Positions 17,289-25,387 of a DNA stretch of 57,733 bases are shown in pieces. The DNA is taken from the IMG/VR virus record IMGVR_UViG_3300015202_000010, positions 1-57,733 of that record; one strand, 5' to 3'. The first letter of the stretch is position 1. Each line of letters begins with the position of its first letter. The notes under the pieces were generated by a model. That model had not been told where the DNA came from. It searched no databases and saw only the letters and a program-made list of their open reading frames with translations. A program made the position numbers and the translations under genes. This stretch comes from a virus (lineage: Duplodnaviria; Caudoviricetes).

Positions 17289-18058
17289 ATCTCCGGCTCT
17301 GCCTCTTTTTCGGGCGATTTTGGCAGCAAAGCTTTCCAATTGAATCGAATCTCGTGTTGGCCGTGCTCTTCGACGAATTTAATTTTGCAAGCATCGGGGT
17401 AACGGTTCTTTACGCGCTCACAAGCCTCCATAACTCGCTCTCGAGCGGCGTAAACATGCTCGGCCCCACCGGACATCGACTTCATTTTGTGCTCGAAGGT
17501 GACGAGATTTGTGCGAACGACTTTGTAGCCGTTTTTGATGAGCCGCGCCGACATCTCCCAGTCTCCGAAAATCCATAACTCCTCATCGAAAAATCCGACG
17601 TCTCGAATAGCCTCCGCGTCCATTAAGTAGATACCCCAAGATCCGACCGGAGAGTCGTAAGCCTTTTTAGCGGCCCAAGAATTTGCGGCGAAACTTACGG
17701 TCCATTGCGCGGCTCCGGCGGCCTTCATCAGCTCGAGATTTTTATTCAAAACTTCCGTTACCTCTTCGAATTGAATTCTTTTGAATTTCTCATCTATGTT
17801 GTCTCTCGCTCGGAGACCGAGAACGTCATCGTCGGTGAAGCAGAAATATTTCTCGCCGTTTTCGAGGGTGTATTTTACGAGCTGATTCATCATCCCAGAG
17901 AAACCCATCCCGTTTTTTGGATGAACGACAAATTTCACGTGAGGGTGCAAGAATTTATAGTCCGCTATCTCTTTGGGCTCGACGAAAACGATAGGATCTG
18001 GAGCCCATTTCAAAAGAGGTAAAGACGTTCTAGAAAGACTCCCAGTCAAAAGTTTCAT
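17285..18058 (-). CDS. TET/JBP-associated GT-A glycosyltransferase (GREB1-C/TAGT-like)
   Basis: SxxR N-terminus, VEPxE..Y, FTDDD metal motif, GDWE, GG motif; ATG 18058 with AAGGA RBS. Confidence 0.85.
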   Translation of the reverse strand: MKLLTGSLSRTSLPLLKWAPDPIVFVEPKEIADYKFLHPHVKFVVHPKNGMGFSGMMNQLVKYTLENGEKYFCFTDDDVLGLRARDNIDEKFKRIQFEEVTEVLNKNLELMKAAGAAQWTVSFAANSWAAKKAYDSPVGSWGIYLMDAEAIRDVGFFDEELWIFGDWEMSARLIKNGYKVVRTNLVTFEHKMKSMSGGAEHVYAARERVMEACERVKNRYPDACKIKFVEEHGQHEIRFNWKALLPKSPEKEAEPEI

Positions 18059-18060
18059 TT

Positions 18061-18939
18061 TTATTCCTTGTCGTAAAGTGGTTCGCCAGGCTTTTTGTTT
18101 TTTGCGCGCATAAGTTCGGTATGAGGATCTTTGCAGAGTTGCAGTCTCTCTCTGAAATACAAAACCAAAGAACATCGAACCGATTTTGGACTCAATCTGA
18201 GAATCTGGGTATTGCCGTGAAACTCGTGGGCGTCGAACATCACAAAATCCAAACTATCGAGCTTCACCGCTATTCGCCAATCCGGCAGAACGAGATGACC
18301 TCCAACAGAAGCGCCTTCTTTGATGACGATCATGTTGCTGAAACCCTCTCGTAAATCACCCGCGTCTTTGTGTGCGGCCGTACGAAAGTTTTTGTTCACG
18401 GTGACGGTGGTGTAAACGGTTCCGGGTATGACCCAAGCTGGATCCGTTATTTTGCAAAAGTCTTGTTGGTTTTGAAATCTATCGGGAACGTATTTCTCAA
18501 AAAGTTTCGCCGTCCCTTGAAGCATCGGAATGATACGCTCAAATCTATCAGGATGTTTCGCATTCCAAGCGCAAGATCTCGCGTAAGGAAGTCTCGCCGA
18601 TCGGTCCATGTACCCGATCACGTCGCTTACAACCTGCCAATTTTTAGGAACGAGCATTTGACTCGATTTGGTGCCGTCCGCTTTTTGATAGGGAGAAGAT
18701 TCAATGCCGATCGCGGTCGAGCGGTTTTTGTTACCGCCGTTTATCGTCTTGATTTCTTTCCAAGCGTTCGCCGCAATTTGTGGCTCGATGGCTTTTTTCA
18801 ACAGGATGAGAAGCGGCTCTCCTCCAGGTTTATAGACGATCGTATCCTCATCTAATAGAAGATCGTAATTCGACTCGTCCATAAACTGCATCGACCAATC
18901 TTTATTTAGACTTGGGGACTCTAGCTTTATGCTCCGCAC
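18061..18939 (-). CDS. TET/JBP-family 2OG-Fe(II) 5-methylpyrimidine dioxygenase
   Basis: TTVTVNKNFRTAAHKDAGD (HxD), GGHLVLP, HEFHGNT (distal His), RCSLVLYFR (2OG-binding Arg). Confidence 0.92.
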   Translation of the reverse strand: MRSIKLESPSLNKDWSMQFMDESNYDLLLDEDTIVYKPGGEPLLILLKKAIEPQIAANAWKEIKTINGGNKNRSTAIGIESSPYQKADGTKSSQMLVPKNWQVVSDVIGYMDRSARLPYARSCAWNAKHPDRFERIIPMLQGTAKLFEKYVPDRFQNQQDFCKITDPAWVIPGTVYTTVTVNKNFRTAAHKDAGDLREGFSNMIVIKEGASVGGHLVLPDWRIAVKLDSLDFVMFDAHEFHGNTQILRLSPKSVRCSLVLYFRERLQLCKDPHTELMRAKNKKPGEPLYDKE

Positions 18940-19585
18940 GCAATGCCTCGATTACTGTATCTGTTACGTTTTCAGTTTTGTAAATCTTAGCGAGATCGGT
19001 TGCCTTCACCATGAATTCAGCAAACGCCTCGGCTCCGAAATAAAGTTGAACCTGCTTCACGCCCTCGGAGCCGCTTTTCATTTGTCCGTTTGGACCGGCG
19101 GTTTCAGGAGACGGCAAAGCGTCGTGTTTGATTCCATCGAAAAGATTGCTGAGAGCGCCCATATCTAATTCTGGGAATTGAAAAGACGCCGAAAGCTCCT
19201 CGAGTGAAATCGAATTCTCTTTCATGAAATCGAAGAGTTTGTCTTTCTCGACTTTACCGTATTGAGACGCTCCGGCCAGAACTCGGAGTTTCGCTTCTTT
19301 AAAACTTTTCGCCTGAATGTAAACGACAGGGAGGGGAGGAATCTGAAACTTCTCGATTTTCTCCATCTGCGCGACTGTTCGGACACGCTGATGACCGTCG
19401 ATGATGTAAACTTTGTCTTTCTCTTTCCAGGCGTGAACGACAAAGCCAAAACCGTTGTCGATAATATTTTTTCGGAGTTTTTCATACTCGTCTTTGCCGA
19501 GACTTTTCATGTCGTTCTGAAAGGGCTCGAGCTTCGCGTGAGGAATATGATCTTTTGTATCGACTGTAATTCGGATGGATTTCAT
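18902..19585 (-). CDS. ParB/Srx-like N-terminal domain protein
   Basis: LRKNIIDNGF...IIDGHQRV; AAGGAG RBS; first gene of the modification operon. Confidence 0.85.
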   Translation of the reverse strand: MKSIRITVDTKDHIPHAKLEPFQNDMKSLGKDEYEKLRKNIIDNGFGFVVHAWKEKDKVYIIDGHQRVRTVAQMEKIEKFQIPPLPVVYIQAKSFKEAKLRVLAGASQYGKVEKDKLFDFMKENSISLEELSASFQFPELDMGALSNLFDGIKHDALPSPETAGPNGQMKSGSEGVKQVQLYFGAEAFAEFMVKATDLAKIYKTENVTDTVIEALRAEHKARVPKSK

Positions 19586-19666
19586 AAATCTCCTTTAGAG
19601 ACGTTTATCAAATCACCGGCCTCCCGAAAAGGTCAAGCAAACCGTCGAAATGACACAACATAAAAA

Positions 19667-19724
19667 TCATGACAAAAAGCTTGACTTAAATCATGATTCA
19701 GGCGATACTATAAATATAGGAAGG
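19667..19724 (+). promoter_or_regulatory. Sigma70-like promoter P1 with two TCATGA operators
   Basis: TTGACT(19681)-17-GATACT(19704); TCATGA at 19667 and 19691; GGAAGG RBS. Confidence 0.7.
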
Positions 19725-19730
19725 CTTCAA

Positions 19731-19925
19731 ATGAACGAAAAATTCTTAAAAATCGAGGAGTTAATTTTAGGGCTCGAGTCTGAGGACGAGATCATAGACG
19801 TCTTGGAGCAGTTGGCCCACCAACTCGCTCGCCAGAACGACCAGACCGCGAGCCGCTTTTCATCGAGCGTTCATTTTTATCTCCGAAAAGCCATCGCAAA
19901 AGCCCACGAAAACAAGGGAGAGTAA
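19731..19925 (+). CDS. Hypothetical early protein
   Basis: True start likely ATG 19731, downstream of P1 and RBS. Confidence 0.65.
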   Translation: MNEKFLKIEELILGLESEDEIIDVLEQLAHQLARQNDQTASRFSSSVHFYLRKAIAKAHENKGE

Positions 19926-19926
19926 A

Positions 19927-20205
19927 ATGAGAATCCAAATTAAAAAAGTCGATATGAACGGTTTTTGCGGTCGAGAGAATCACCCAGAGAAATCCGACGA
20001 GGGCAAAGTTTGCAGAGTTTTATGGGTTGAGAGCGAGGCTTATATCGGATGCAAACCGATCTCAAAAAGCGAAATCGAATACACTCCGGAATTATCGAAA
20101 GATCCTGAATATTATGTTGTCGTAATTTATCACGTCATCACGGACGACTCGAAGGAGACTCCGCTCGAGATTTTAGACCACGAGATGGAGGTTTTTTGTG
20201 GCTAA
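19927..20205 (+). CDS. Hypothetical protein
   Basis: GGGAG RBS. Confidence 0.65.
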   Translation: MRIQIKKVDMNGFCGRENHPEKSDEGKVCRVLWVESEAYIGCKPISKSEIEYTPELSKDPEYYVVVIYHVITDDSKETPLEILDHEMEVFCG

Positions 20206-20473
20206 AACTCCCGAAACGAGACTCGAAAAATTCGAGCTTTTAAAAGAACACCCGATGATTTTCAGTCTTTTCAAGAAAATCTCTAAACGAGAGCACGACC
20301 TGTGCTTGGAGTTTTTAAAAGCGACGGAGAGCCTGAATAATGACGACTTTGCTCTGAAATGTAATCGCTGGTATCTGAACGAGGAGAAGCCTAAAAACTA
20401 CTCTACGATGTGGGCGATCGTCTCCCAGTGCCAAATAAATCTTTTCAAAAGAAAAAGAAGGCCCAACGAGTGA
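20198..20473 (+). CDS. Hypothetical protein
   Basis: GGAGG RBS, GTG start. Confidence 0.65.
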   Translation: MAKTPETRLEKFELLKEHPMIFSLFKKISKREHDLCLEFLKATESLNNDDFALKCNRWYLNEEKPKNYSTMWAIVSQCQINLFKRKRRPNE

Positions 20474-20489
20474 TCTCCAATCGAGACTC

Positions 20490-20546
20490 TCATGATAAAA
20501 AGATTGCTTAAAAGCATGATTTATGAGATGATAAATATATAGGAGG
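20490..20546 (+). promoter_or_regulatory. Sigma70-like promoter P2 with the same architecture as P1
   Basis: TCATGA-8-TTGCTT-4-GCATGA-7-GATGAT-9-GGAGG. Confidence 0.65.
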
Positions 20547-20551
20547 CGACG

Positions 20552-20758
20552 ATGGGCGATTTTATAGTTTTTATAGCGAGCGGACTCATCTCGGCGACTC
20601 CGGTTCAAACGAACCAAACTCATTTCGCGACAGTCGAAGCGAATCAGACCGCCGAGCAGGTTGCAAAAGCCGATTGTGACGATTTCGAGATAGTTGAAAA
20701 AGGCACCGTCCTCGGAGACACAAAAACCGTTCGTTGGATTTGTGGATCAGAGAAATAA
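20552..20758 (+). CDS. Small, possibly exported protein
   Basis: Hydrophobic N-terminus, two Cys, AGGAGG RBS. Confidence 0.6.
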   Translation: MGDFIVFIASGLISATPVQTNQTHFATVEANQTAEQVAKADCDDFEIVEKGTVLGDTKTVRWICGSEK

Positions 20759-20937
20759 TGGAGGAGACTTTCATGGACCGACTTGAGTTTTTAAGAAACG
20801 AAGTAAAGAAATTGAATCTCGATGAGACGAAAAACACTTTCATTAAAAAGGCTATATTATGGCAACTCGGCATTTTGACGACCTTAGAAATAAGCAAGAG
20901 AGTTACAGAGATCGCGAAACAGGAGGGATGGTTATGA
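20758..20937 (+). CDS. Hypothetical protein
   Basis: TAATG coupling (or a later ATG with GGAG RBS). Confidence 0.5.
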   Translation: MEETFMDRLEFLRNEVKKLNLDETKNTFIKKAILWQLGILTTLEISKRVTEIAKQEGWL

Positions 20938-21284
20938 GTTACAAGCGAGTCGTCCCGAGAGATTTTTTCAACGAGTCGAAGCTTTTGAAATGTCTCGGAC
21001 AATTTGAGCTTTGCGTTCTCGATAAAAAAGTCGGAGGACTGAAATTTGAGATCGACTTCGACCACAAGGCTTTCGATATTTGCCAAAACGAACACACCGG
21101 AGACCTTTTTGTCTTGAATTATACCGTGATGCTCGATGGGTTGTTTCTTTATTTATATATCCCCTACAACTCGAAAGAAAATTACCCTCTCGAGGGAGTG
21201 TATAAAGGAGATATTTACAATATTTTTGATGAGACCGGTAAATTTTTGCCTAACTTTGGAGTTTCAAATGAAAAACATTCTTAG
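20934..21284 (+). CDS. Conserved hypothetical phage protein
   Basis: MSYKRVVPRDFFNESKLLKCLGQ; GGAGG RBS. Confidence 0.7.
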   Translation: MSYKRVVPRDFFNESKLLKCLGQFELCVLDKKVGGLKFEIDFDHKAFDICQNEHTGDLFVLNYTVMLDGLFLYLYIPYNSKENYPLEGVYKGDIYNIFDETGKFLPNFGVSNEKHS

Positions 21285-21579
21285 AAAATTATTTTCAAAA
21301 CCAAAAACAGATTCAAACTTGAATATTTTTGATATCGTCTCGGCACTCGAGCAGAAAAATCACTTTGACAGCTTAAGTTCTTTTCAAAAGAGAGCGATGA
21401 CAAACGGAGTCGAGACTCTCAGGGCCCTAGAAGAACTTGTGTTTCATTTTGATGTAAACGGAGACCTCTCGTCTAAAGAGCTTGCGGCCTATGAAAACGC
21501 GGTAAGAGTCGTCATGAAGGTAAAACAGGATCTCGTCAGCGATCTCGAGTTCGATAAATTATATAGAAGAAAGGCTTAA
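21268..21579 (+). CDS. Hypothetical protein
   Basis: ATG 21268 with GGAG RBS. Confidence 0.6.
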   Translation: MKNILRKLFSKPKTDSNLNIFDIVSALEQKNHFDSLSSFQKRAMTNGVETLRALEELVFHFDVNGDLSSKELAAYENAVRVVMKVKQDLVSDLEFDKLYRRKA

Positions 21580-21583
21580 TTTT

Positions 21584-21907
21584 ATGATGATACCATTTCA
21601 CGACATTTGGGAAATATCCGAATTTCTCCACGCGAGATATTCTCAATACGAGGCTCAAAAAAATATCGCCAAGCGAAATCTCGAGACGTACGAGAATGTG
21701 ATTTTGATGGAGCCTGATAACGATATTCTCTGCGACCTTTGCAACTCGGAGATCGACACGCCACAAGTTATTTTGGTCGATTATGGGACTCGCGCCTTTT
21801 GTGCGGAGTGCTTCAACAAACATTACGCCTCAAAGCCTCAGAAATATAAAACGCTAAATCCTGACGGCACACTCTCTGCGAAAGTTTTTGACTCGGCGGA
21901 CACATGA
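21584..21907 (+). CDS. Zn-finger hypothetical protein
   Basis: CDLC...CAEC. Confidence 0.6.
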   Translation: MMIPFHDIWEISEFLHARYSQYEAQKNIAKRNLETYENVILMEPDNDILCDLCNSEIDTPQVILVDYGTRAFCAECFNKHYASKPQKYKTLNPDGTLSAKVFDSADT

Positions 21908-22095
21908 GCTTTTTACGTATTATAAAAACTCACGTTGACGGAAAAGGTGAGTTGCATTTAAACAAAAGCATGACAAAGGTCATGATTCAGCTTATAGAAA
22001 CAATGGAGCTTGAGATTATAAATCTCCGAAGGCAGTTAGGACTTGTTAATGAAAAAGAAAGCATTGAAGAAAGCGGAGACTCCAAAAAAAGTTGA
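21904..22095 (+). CDS. Hypothetical protein
   Basis: ATGA-coupled. Confidence 0.5.
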   Translation: MSFLRIIKTHVDGKGELHLNKSMTKVMIQLIETMELEIINLRRQLGLVNEKESIEESGDSKKS

Positions 22096-22176
22096 GTCGA
22101 ATGAGTCCAAGATGAAAGAAGTTGAAAAATTTAACCCAGAATTCGTTAAATATTTAAGAAAAAAAGGGATGTAAAA

Positions 22177-22377
22177 ATGGCAAAGTTAAAACCGAAAATA
22201 AAAGAGAAGCTCGTCCCGATTCAAGTCAAAGTCAGCGAAGCCTTTTGGCACCCGATACTTGAGGAGATCTACCGTCTCAATTTATCACAAAAAGAAGCGA
22301 TCATGCACGGAATGAAACTGTTCATGATGGAGGCCAACCCTGAGCGCGCCAAAAAGCTAGGTTACAATAACGATTAG
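22177..22377 (+). CDS. Ribbon-helix-helix-like transcription regulator
   Basis: Alternating beta strand PIQVKV followed by two helices (Arc/CopG pattern). Confidence 0.5.
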   Translation: MAKLKPKIKEKLVPIQVKVSEAFWHPILEEIYRLNLSQKEAIMHGMKLFMMEANPERAKKLGYNND

Positions 22378-22474
22378 TCCAGTTTTGGGTAGGCGTCTCG
22401 ATTTCATTTTCAGAGACTTCAGTTTTCTGAGACGATAACCGTACAAGTAAGCGGCTGTTCTTTTGTTTTTCCAT
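22322..22474 (-). CDS. 50-aa ORF convergent with and overlapping the RHH gene
   Basis: AAGGAG RBS then MEKQKNSRLLVRLSSQ...WRAQGWPPS*. Confidence 0.35.
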   Translation of the reverse strand: MEKQKNSRLLVRLSSQKTEVSENEIETPTQNWTNRYCNLAFWRAQGWPPS

Positions 22475-22494
22475 TTTGTTCTCCTTTAGTTTTG

Positions 22495-22530
22495 TAGGGA
22501 GCTCGAGAGATCTGGCTCCCTATTTTTTTT
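22495..22530 (+). terminator. Intrinsic terminator
   Basis: tagggagc/gctcccta stem followed by T8. Confidence 0.75.
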
Positions 22531-22551
22531 GGCCCATGCTAACCTCGTATC

Positions 22552-23004
22552 ATGGCGCATCAAGCGAGTAAAAACAGATCCATCGGTGCGGTTTTTGAAA
22601 AGTTCTTTCAGACGCAATCGCGTTTGCGCGGAGTTTTCTGCGAGAAGAACCATCTCACCGCGAGAATCATGGGTTTCTCAGGACAGCCAAAGATCCTCAA
22701 ATCGAATTTAGACTTCACTCTCATTTACGAAGGACGAGTCGCTTTCATCGACTGTAAGACTTTTGCCGGCGACCACTTCACCCACTCTCAAATTGATCCA
22801 GACCAGCTCAAAAAGGCTATGCTCTACAATGACCTCAAGGTCGTCTCCGGTTTTTGCGTTTGGTTCCAGAAATCTGGAGTAGTCGCCTTCTACGATGGCC
22901 GCCAAATCAATTTCGCTGGCGCTAGGACACGTTTCGAGGCGTCGGACGCACTTTACTCGGCTCGGTTCGACCAATTCGATATACGAGTCGTCCTGCGAGC
23001 TTAA
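22552..23004 (+). CDS. RecU-like Holliday junction resolvase
   Basis: G..FE, LDF, FIDCKT, Q motifs of the RecU PD-(D/E)XK family. Confidence 0.7.
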   Translation: MAHQASKNRSIGAVFEKFFQTQSRLRGVFCEKNHLTARIMGFSGQPKILKSNLDFTLIYEGRVAFIDCKTFAGDHFTHSQIDPDQLKKAMLYNDLKVVSGFCVWFQKSGVVAFYDGRQINFAGARTRFEASDALYSARFDQFDIRVVLRA

Positions 23005-23419
23005 AAGTTGTCTCAAAGTTGACAATTTCTTGTCAGACAATTTCCACAAACTTGCCACAAAATTGCCTTATTAGAGATTATTAGATGCAGCAGTCTCTCA
23101 GCAGAGAAATCCTACAGTTTGTAGGGTTTTACATTTATTTCGAAGCCGATTTCCTACAATTTGTCGGACTTTTTTTGCAGCAGACATCGAGACGCTTGTC
23201 GATCCGTAAGTGCGCAAGTCTCTAACTATCGAAAGTCACGAGGAGAATTATGGAGGTTTGTGCAAAATTTTGTCGAAAACGCTCTTAAAAACCCAAAAAT
23301 CGCGAGGATAGCAAAGTCAAAACTAGAGATCTCCCGGCAAATTAATTTTCTTTCGGTCGAGATCCCCAGTCGCAACAGAATCAGTTGCCTGATCTTATTT
23401 TCCAAAATAGAAGTGATGA

Positions 23420-23597
23420 GAGAGTCAGCGTGTGAAGCTGTGGCGAAGTGGAAATGGTGCGATGAGCGCCACGTACATCCTAGAGAACCACTGGAGACAC
23501 ACAGAATGCCTTATTGAAGGGCTGAATCGTTCTGGGTGCCAAGAGCATTTTAAAAACGACAAGACACCCGACAGCCGGAGTCGCGACCTGTACTCTC
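23420..23597 (+). ncRNA. Candidate multi-branched structured RNA
   Basis: Closing stem gagagt-cag/ctg-t-actctc encloses at least 5 helices; promoter-like element upstream and hairpin downstream. Confidence 0.45.
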
Positions 23598-23642
23598 AAC
23601 ATTTTGTTGCCTTTTAAAAGCAACATTTCACGCATACTTATG

Positions 23643-23678
23643 CAAAATTGGTCAAAATTGGTCAAATTTGGTCAAAAT
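23643..23678. repeat. 10-bp tandem repeat CAAAATTGGT x3.6
   Basis: caaaattggt caaaattggt caaatttggt caaaat. Confidence 0.85.
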
Positions 23679-23801
23679 ATGTAAAGCTGAAGTGAGAAAT
23701 TTCTCGAGAAAACATCTGTCAGGTCGATTGAGATAATTTTGGGCGTGAAATGTAAAGCGCACGAAATTTATGCGCTCAACACTATATTATAGTTCTATTC
23801 A

Positions 23802-24044
23802 CTATTTTTTTGCGGGAGCGGGAGTGGCTTGAGGGGCAACGGCAGGCATATTCGTCGTACCAGCTTTCGGATTTTCTGGGAGAGCCTCGGTCACGGGCCA
23901 TTTCTTATGAGACTTCATCGCGGCCTTGCACTCGGCCAGGTTCTTTTTAGTCATGCGATCCTTACAACCATTGTCCGTCCCAAAAGCCCAACCTTTGCAG
24001 ACACAAAGCAAACTAAACATCAAAAGCGTAAAAATTGACTTCAT
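23802..24044 (-). CDS. Small secreted protein
   Basis: AAGGAG RBS; signal peptide MKSIFTLLMFSLLCVCKGWA; Cys pair; Pro/Ala tail. Confidence 0.65.
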   Translation of the reverse strand: MKSIFTLLMFSLLCVCKGWAFGTDNGCKDRMTKKNLAECKAAMKSHKKWPVTEALPENPKAGTTNMPAVAPQATPAPAKK

Positions 24045-24131
24045 TTAAAATCTCCTTGTTTGACTGCATTTTAATCACGTTTTTATGAAAAAAGGCTAAT
24101 CAATTTTGTATTTTCGTCCTATAAAAACTTC

Positions 24132-24584
24132 ATGGCAAGACACGGACTTTTAACTGGACCATTGAGATTGAAAAACGCAAGACTTCATAGGGTTTGGAGG
24201 GGAATGAAAACCAGATGCGCTCCTCAAAATGAAAACTATGGCGGCAGAGGAATCAAAGTTTGCCCAGAGTGGAGAGCAAGCTTTAAAGCGTTTCATAATT
24301 GGTCACTGTCGAACGGATACGAGGAGACTCTCACCATAGATCGAATCGACAACAACGGAGATTACGAGCCCTCAAATTGTCGTTGGACGAATAGTGAGAC
24401 CCAAAACAGAAATAGGCGCAACACGATTAGATTTCATGGAAAAACAATTCAGGAGTGGGCGTCTCAAACTGGATTATCAGCAAGCTTGATAACTGTTCGA
24501 GTCTATAATCACGGCTGGAGCTTTGAGCGCGCTTTATCTCAAACTCCAAAAGCATACACAAAAAAGTGCAATATTGAACTTTAG
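24132..24584 (+). CDS. HNH homing endonuclease
   Basis: W.GMKTRC...YGGRGIKVCPEW...TIDRIDNNGDYEPSNCRW. Confidence 0.9.
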   Translation: MARHGLLTGPLRLKNARLHRVWRGMKTRCAPQNENYGGRGIKVCPEWRASFKAFHNWSLSNGYEETLTIDRIDNNGDYEPSNCRWTNSETQNRNRRNTIRFHGKTIQEWASQTGLSASLITVRVYNHGWSFERALSQTPKAYTKKCNIEL

Positions 24585-24796
24585 CGATGGTGGCTAAACG
24601 TAAACTCGACCGAGTGCCGTTGTTTGTTTGGATGGATCGTAATGTCAAACTGGGTATCGACCTCTAAGAAAAACCGCTTCGCGATCGGAGCGCCCTTATC
24701 TCTTAGGATCTGAAAATACGTCTGCACGATATTAACCGACTGTTTCGAGGACGTGAGCTCTTCGTCCGTTACCTCGAATCTTAATTCTTCTTGCAT
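24581..24796 (-). CDS. Hypothetical protein
   Basis: 71-aa ORF convergent with HNH. Confidence 0.4.
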   Translation of the reverse strand: MQEELRFEVTDEELTSSKQSVNIVQTYFQILRDKGAPIAKRFFLEVDTQFDITIHPNKQRHSVEFTFSHHR

Positions 24797-24970
24797 ACGA
24801 AAGTTTTACACCCACGATCTTCGTAGATCAACATTGGACTTCTCATCATGCTTTCGCTCATGATATTCTGGACGCAACCGATATAGAAATCTAATTGCCT
24901 AATCTTTCGCGACCTGACAGCTTGAAAGGTCTAGGTCAATAACCCAGATGAACAGGGAAAGAGCAGAACC

Positions 24971-25387
24971 ATGCCGAAGGGTATTCCGCCAAAAGAGCAC
25001 CAATTCAAACCGGGTCAATCCGGCAACCCGCTCGGAGCCAAACTCCACAACAAGGCACACAAGCAACTCAAGAATCTGACCGAGGCCGAGATGATCGAAA
25101 TCGGCTCGATGGTTTTGAAGGGCTCGATCGAAGATCTTAAGGCCGTGCTGAAAGATCCGAAAGCGTCTGGACTTAAGTGCATGATCGCCGGTGTAGCGGT
25201 TCGAGTCATCATGAAGGGCGACGCTCACGGTATGGATTTACTGCTGAACCGTCTCATTGGTCGGTCAAAGCAGAAAATCGAGATCAGCGGTCCCGAGGGA
25301 GATCCTATTCAGACGACCAAGGTGACGATGCAAGAACTTCTCAAGCGTCGCGCTAAACTGGCTCGAGTGATTGATAGTGAGGGTTAG
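24971..25387 (+). CDS. terS: Terminase small subunit (DUF5681-like N-terminus)
   Basis: QFKPGQSGNPLG motif; IEISGPEGDPI; precedes TerL. Confidence 0.75.
   Translation: MPKGIPPKEHQFKPGQSGNPLGAKLHNKAHKQLKNLTEAEMIEIGSMVLKGSIEDLKAVLKDPKASGLKCMIAGVAVRVIMKGDAHGMDLLLNRLIGRSKQKIEISGPEGDPIQTTKVTMQELLKRRAKLARVIDSEG

Noticed and set aside
18059-18175. N-terminal extension of the glycosyltransferase given in the ORF track
   Set aside because: Overlaps the dioxygenase; ATG 18058 has a proper RBS and matches the family N-terminus
18902-19585. ParB as a plasmid-prophage partition system
   Set aside because: No ParA ATPase nearby and the gene is coupled to the TET/JBP dioxygenase, so a DNA-modification role fits better
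23161-23665. ORFs 23161..23517, 23432..23617 and 23480..23665
   Set aside because: No RBS, atypical composition, and they overlap repeat and structured-RNA elements
23643-23678. Possible CRISPR-like array
   Set aside because: Only 10-bp tandem units with no spacers; no cas genes
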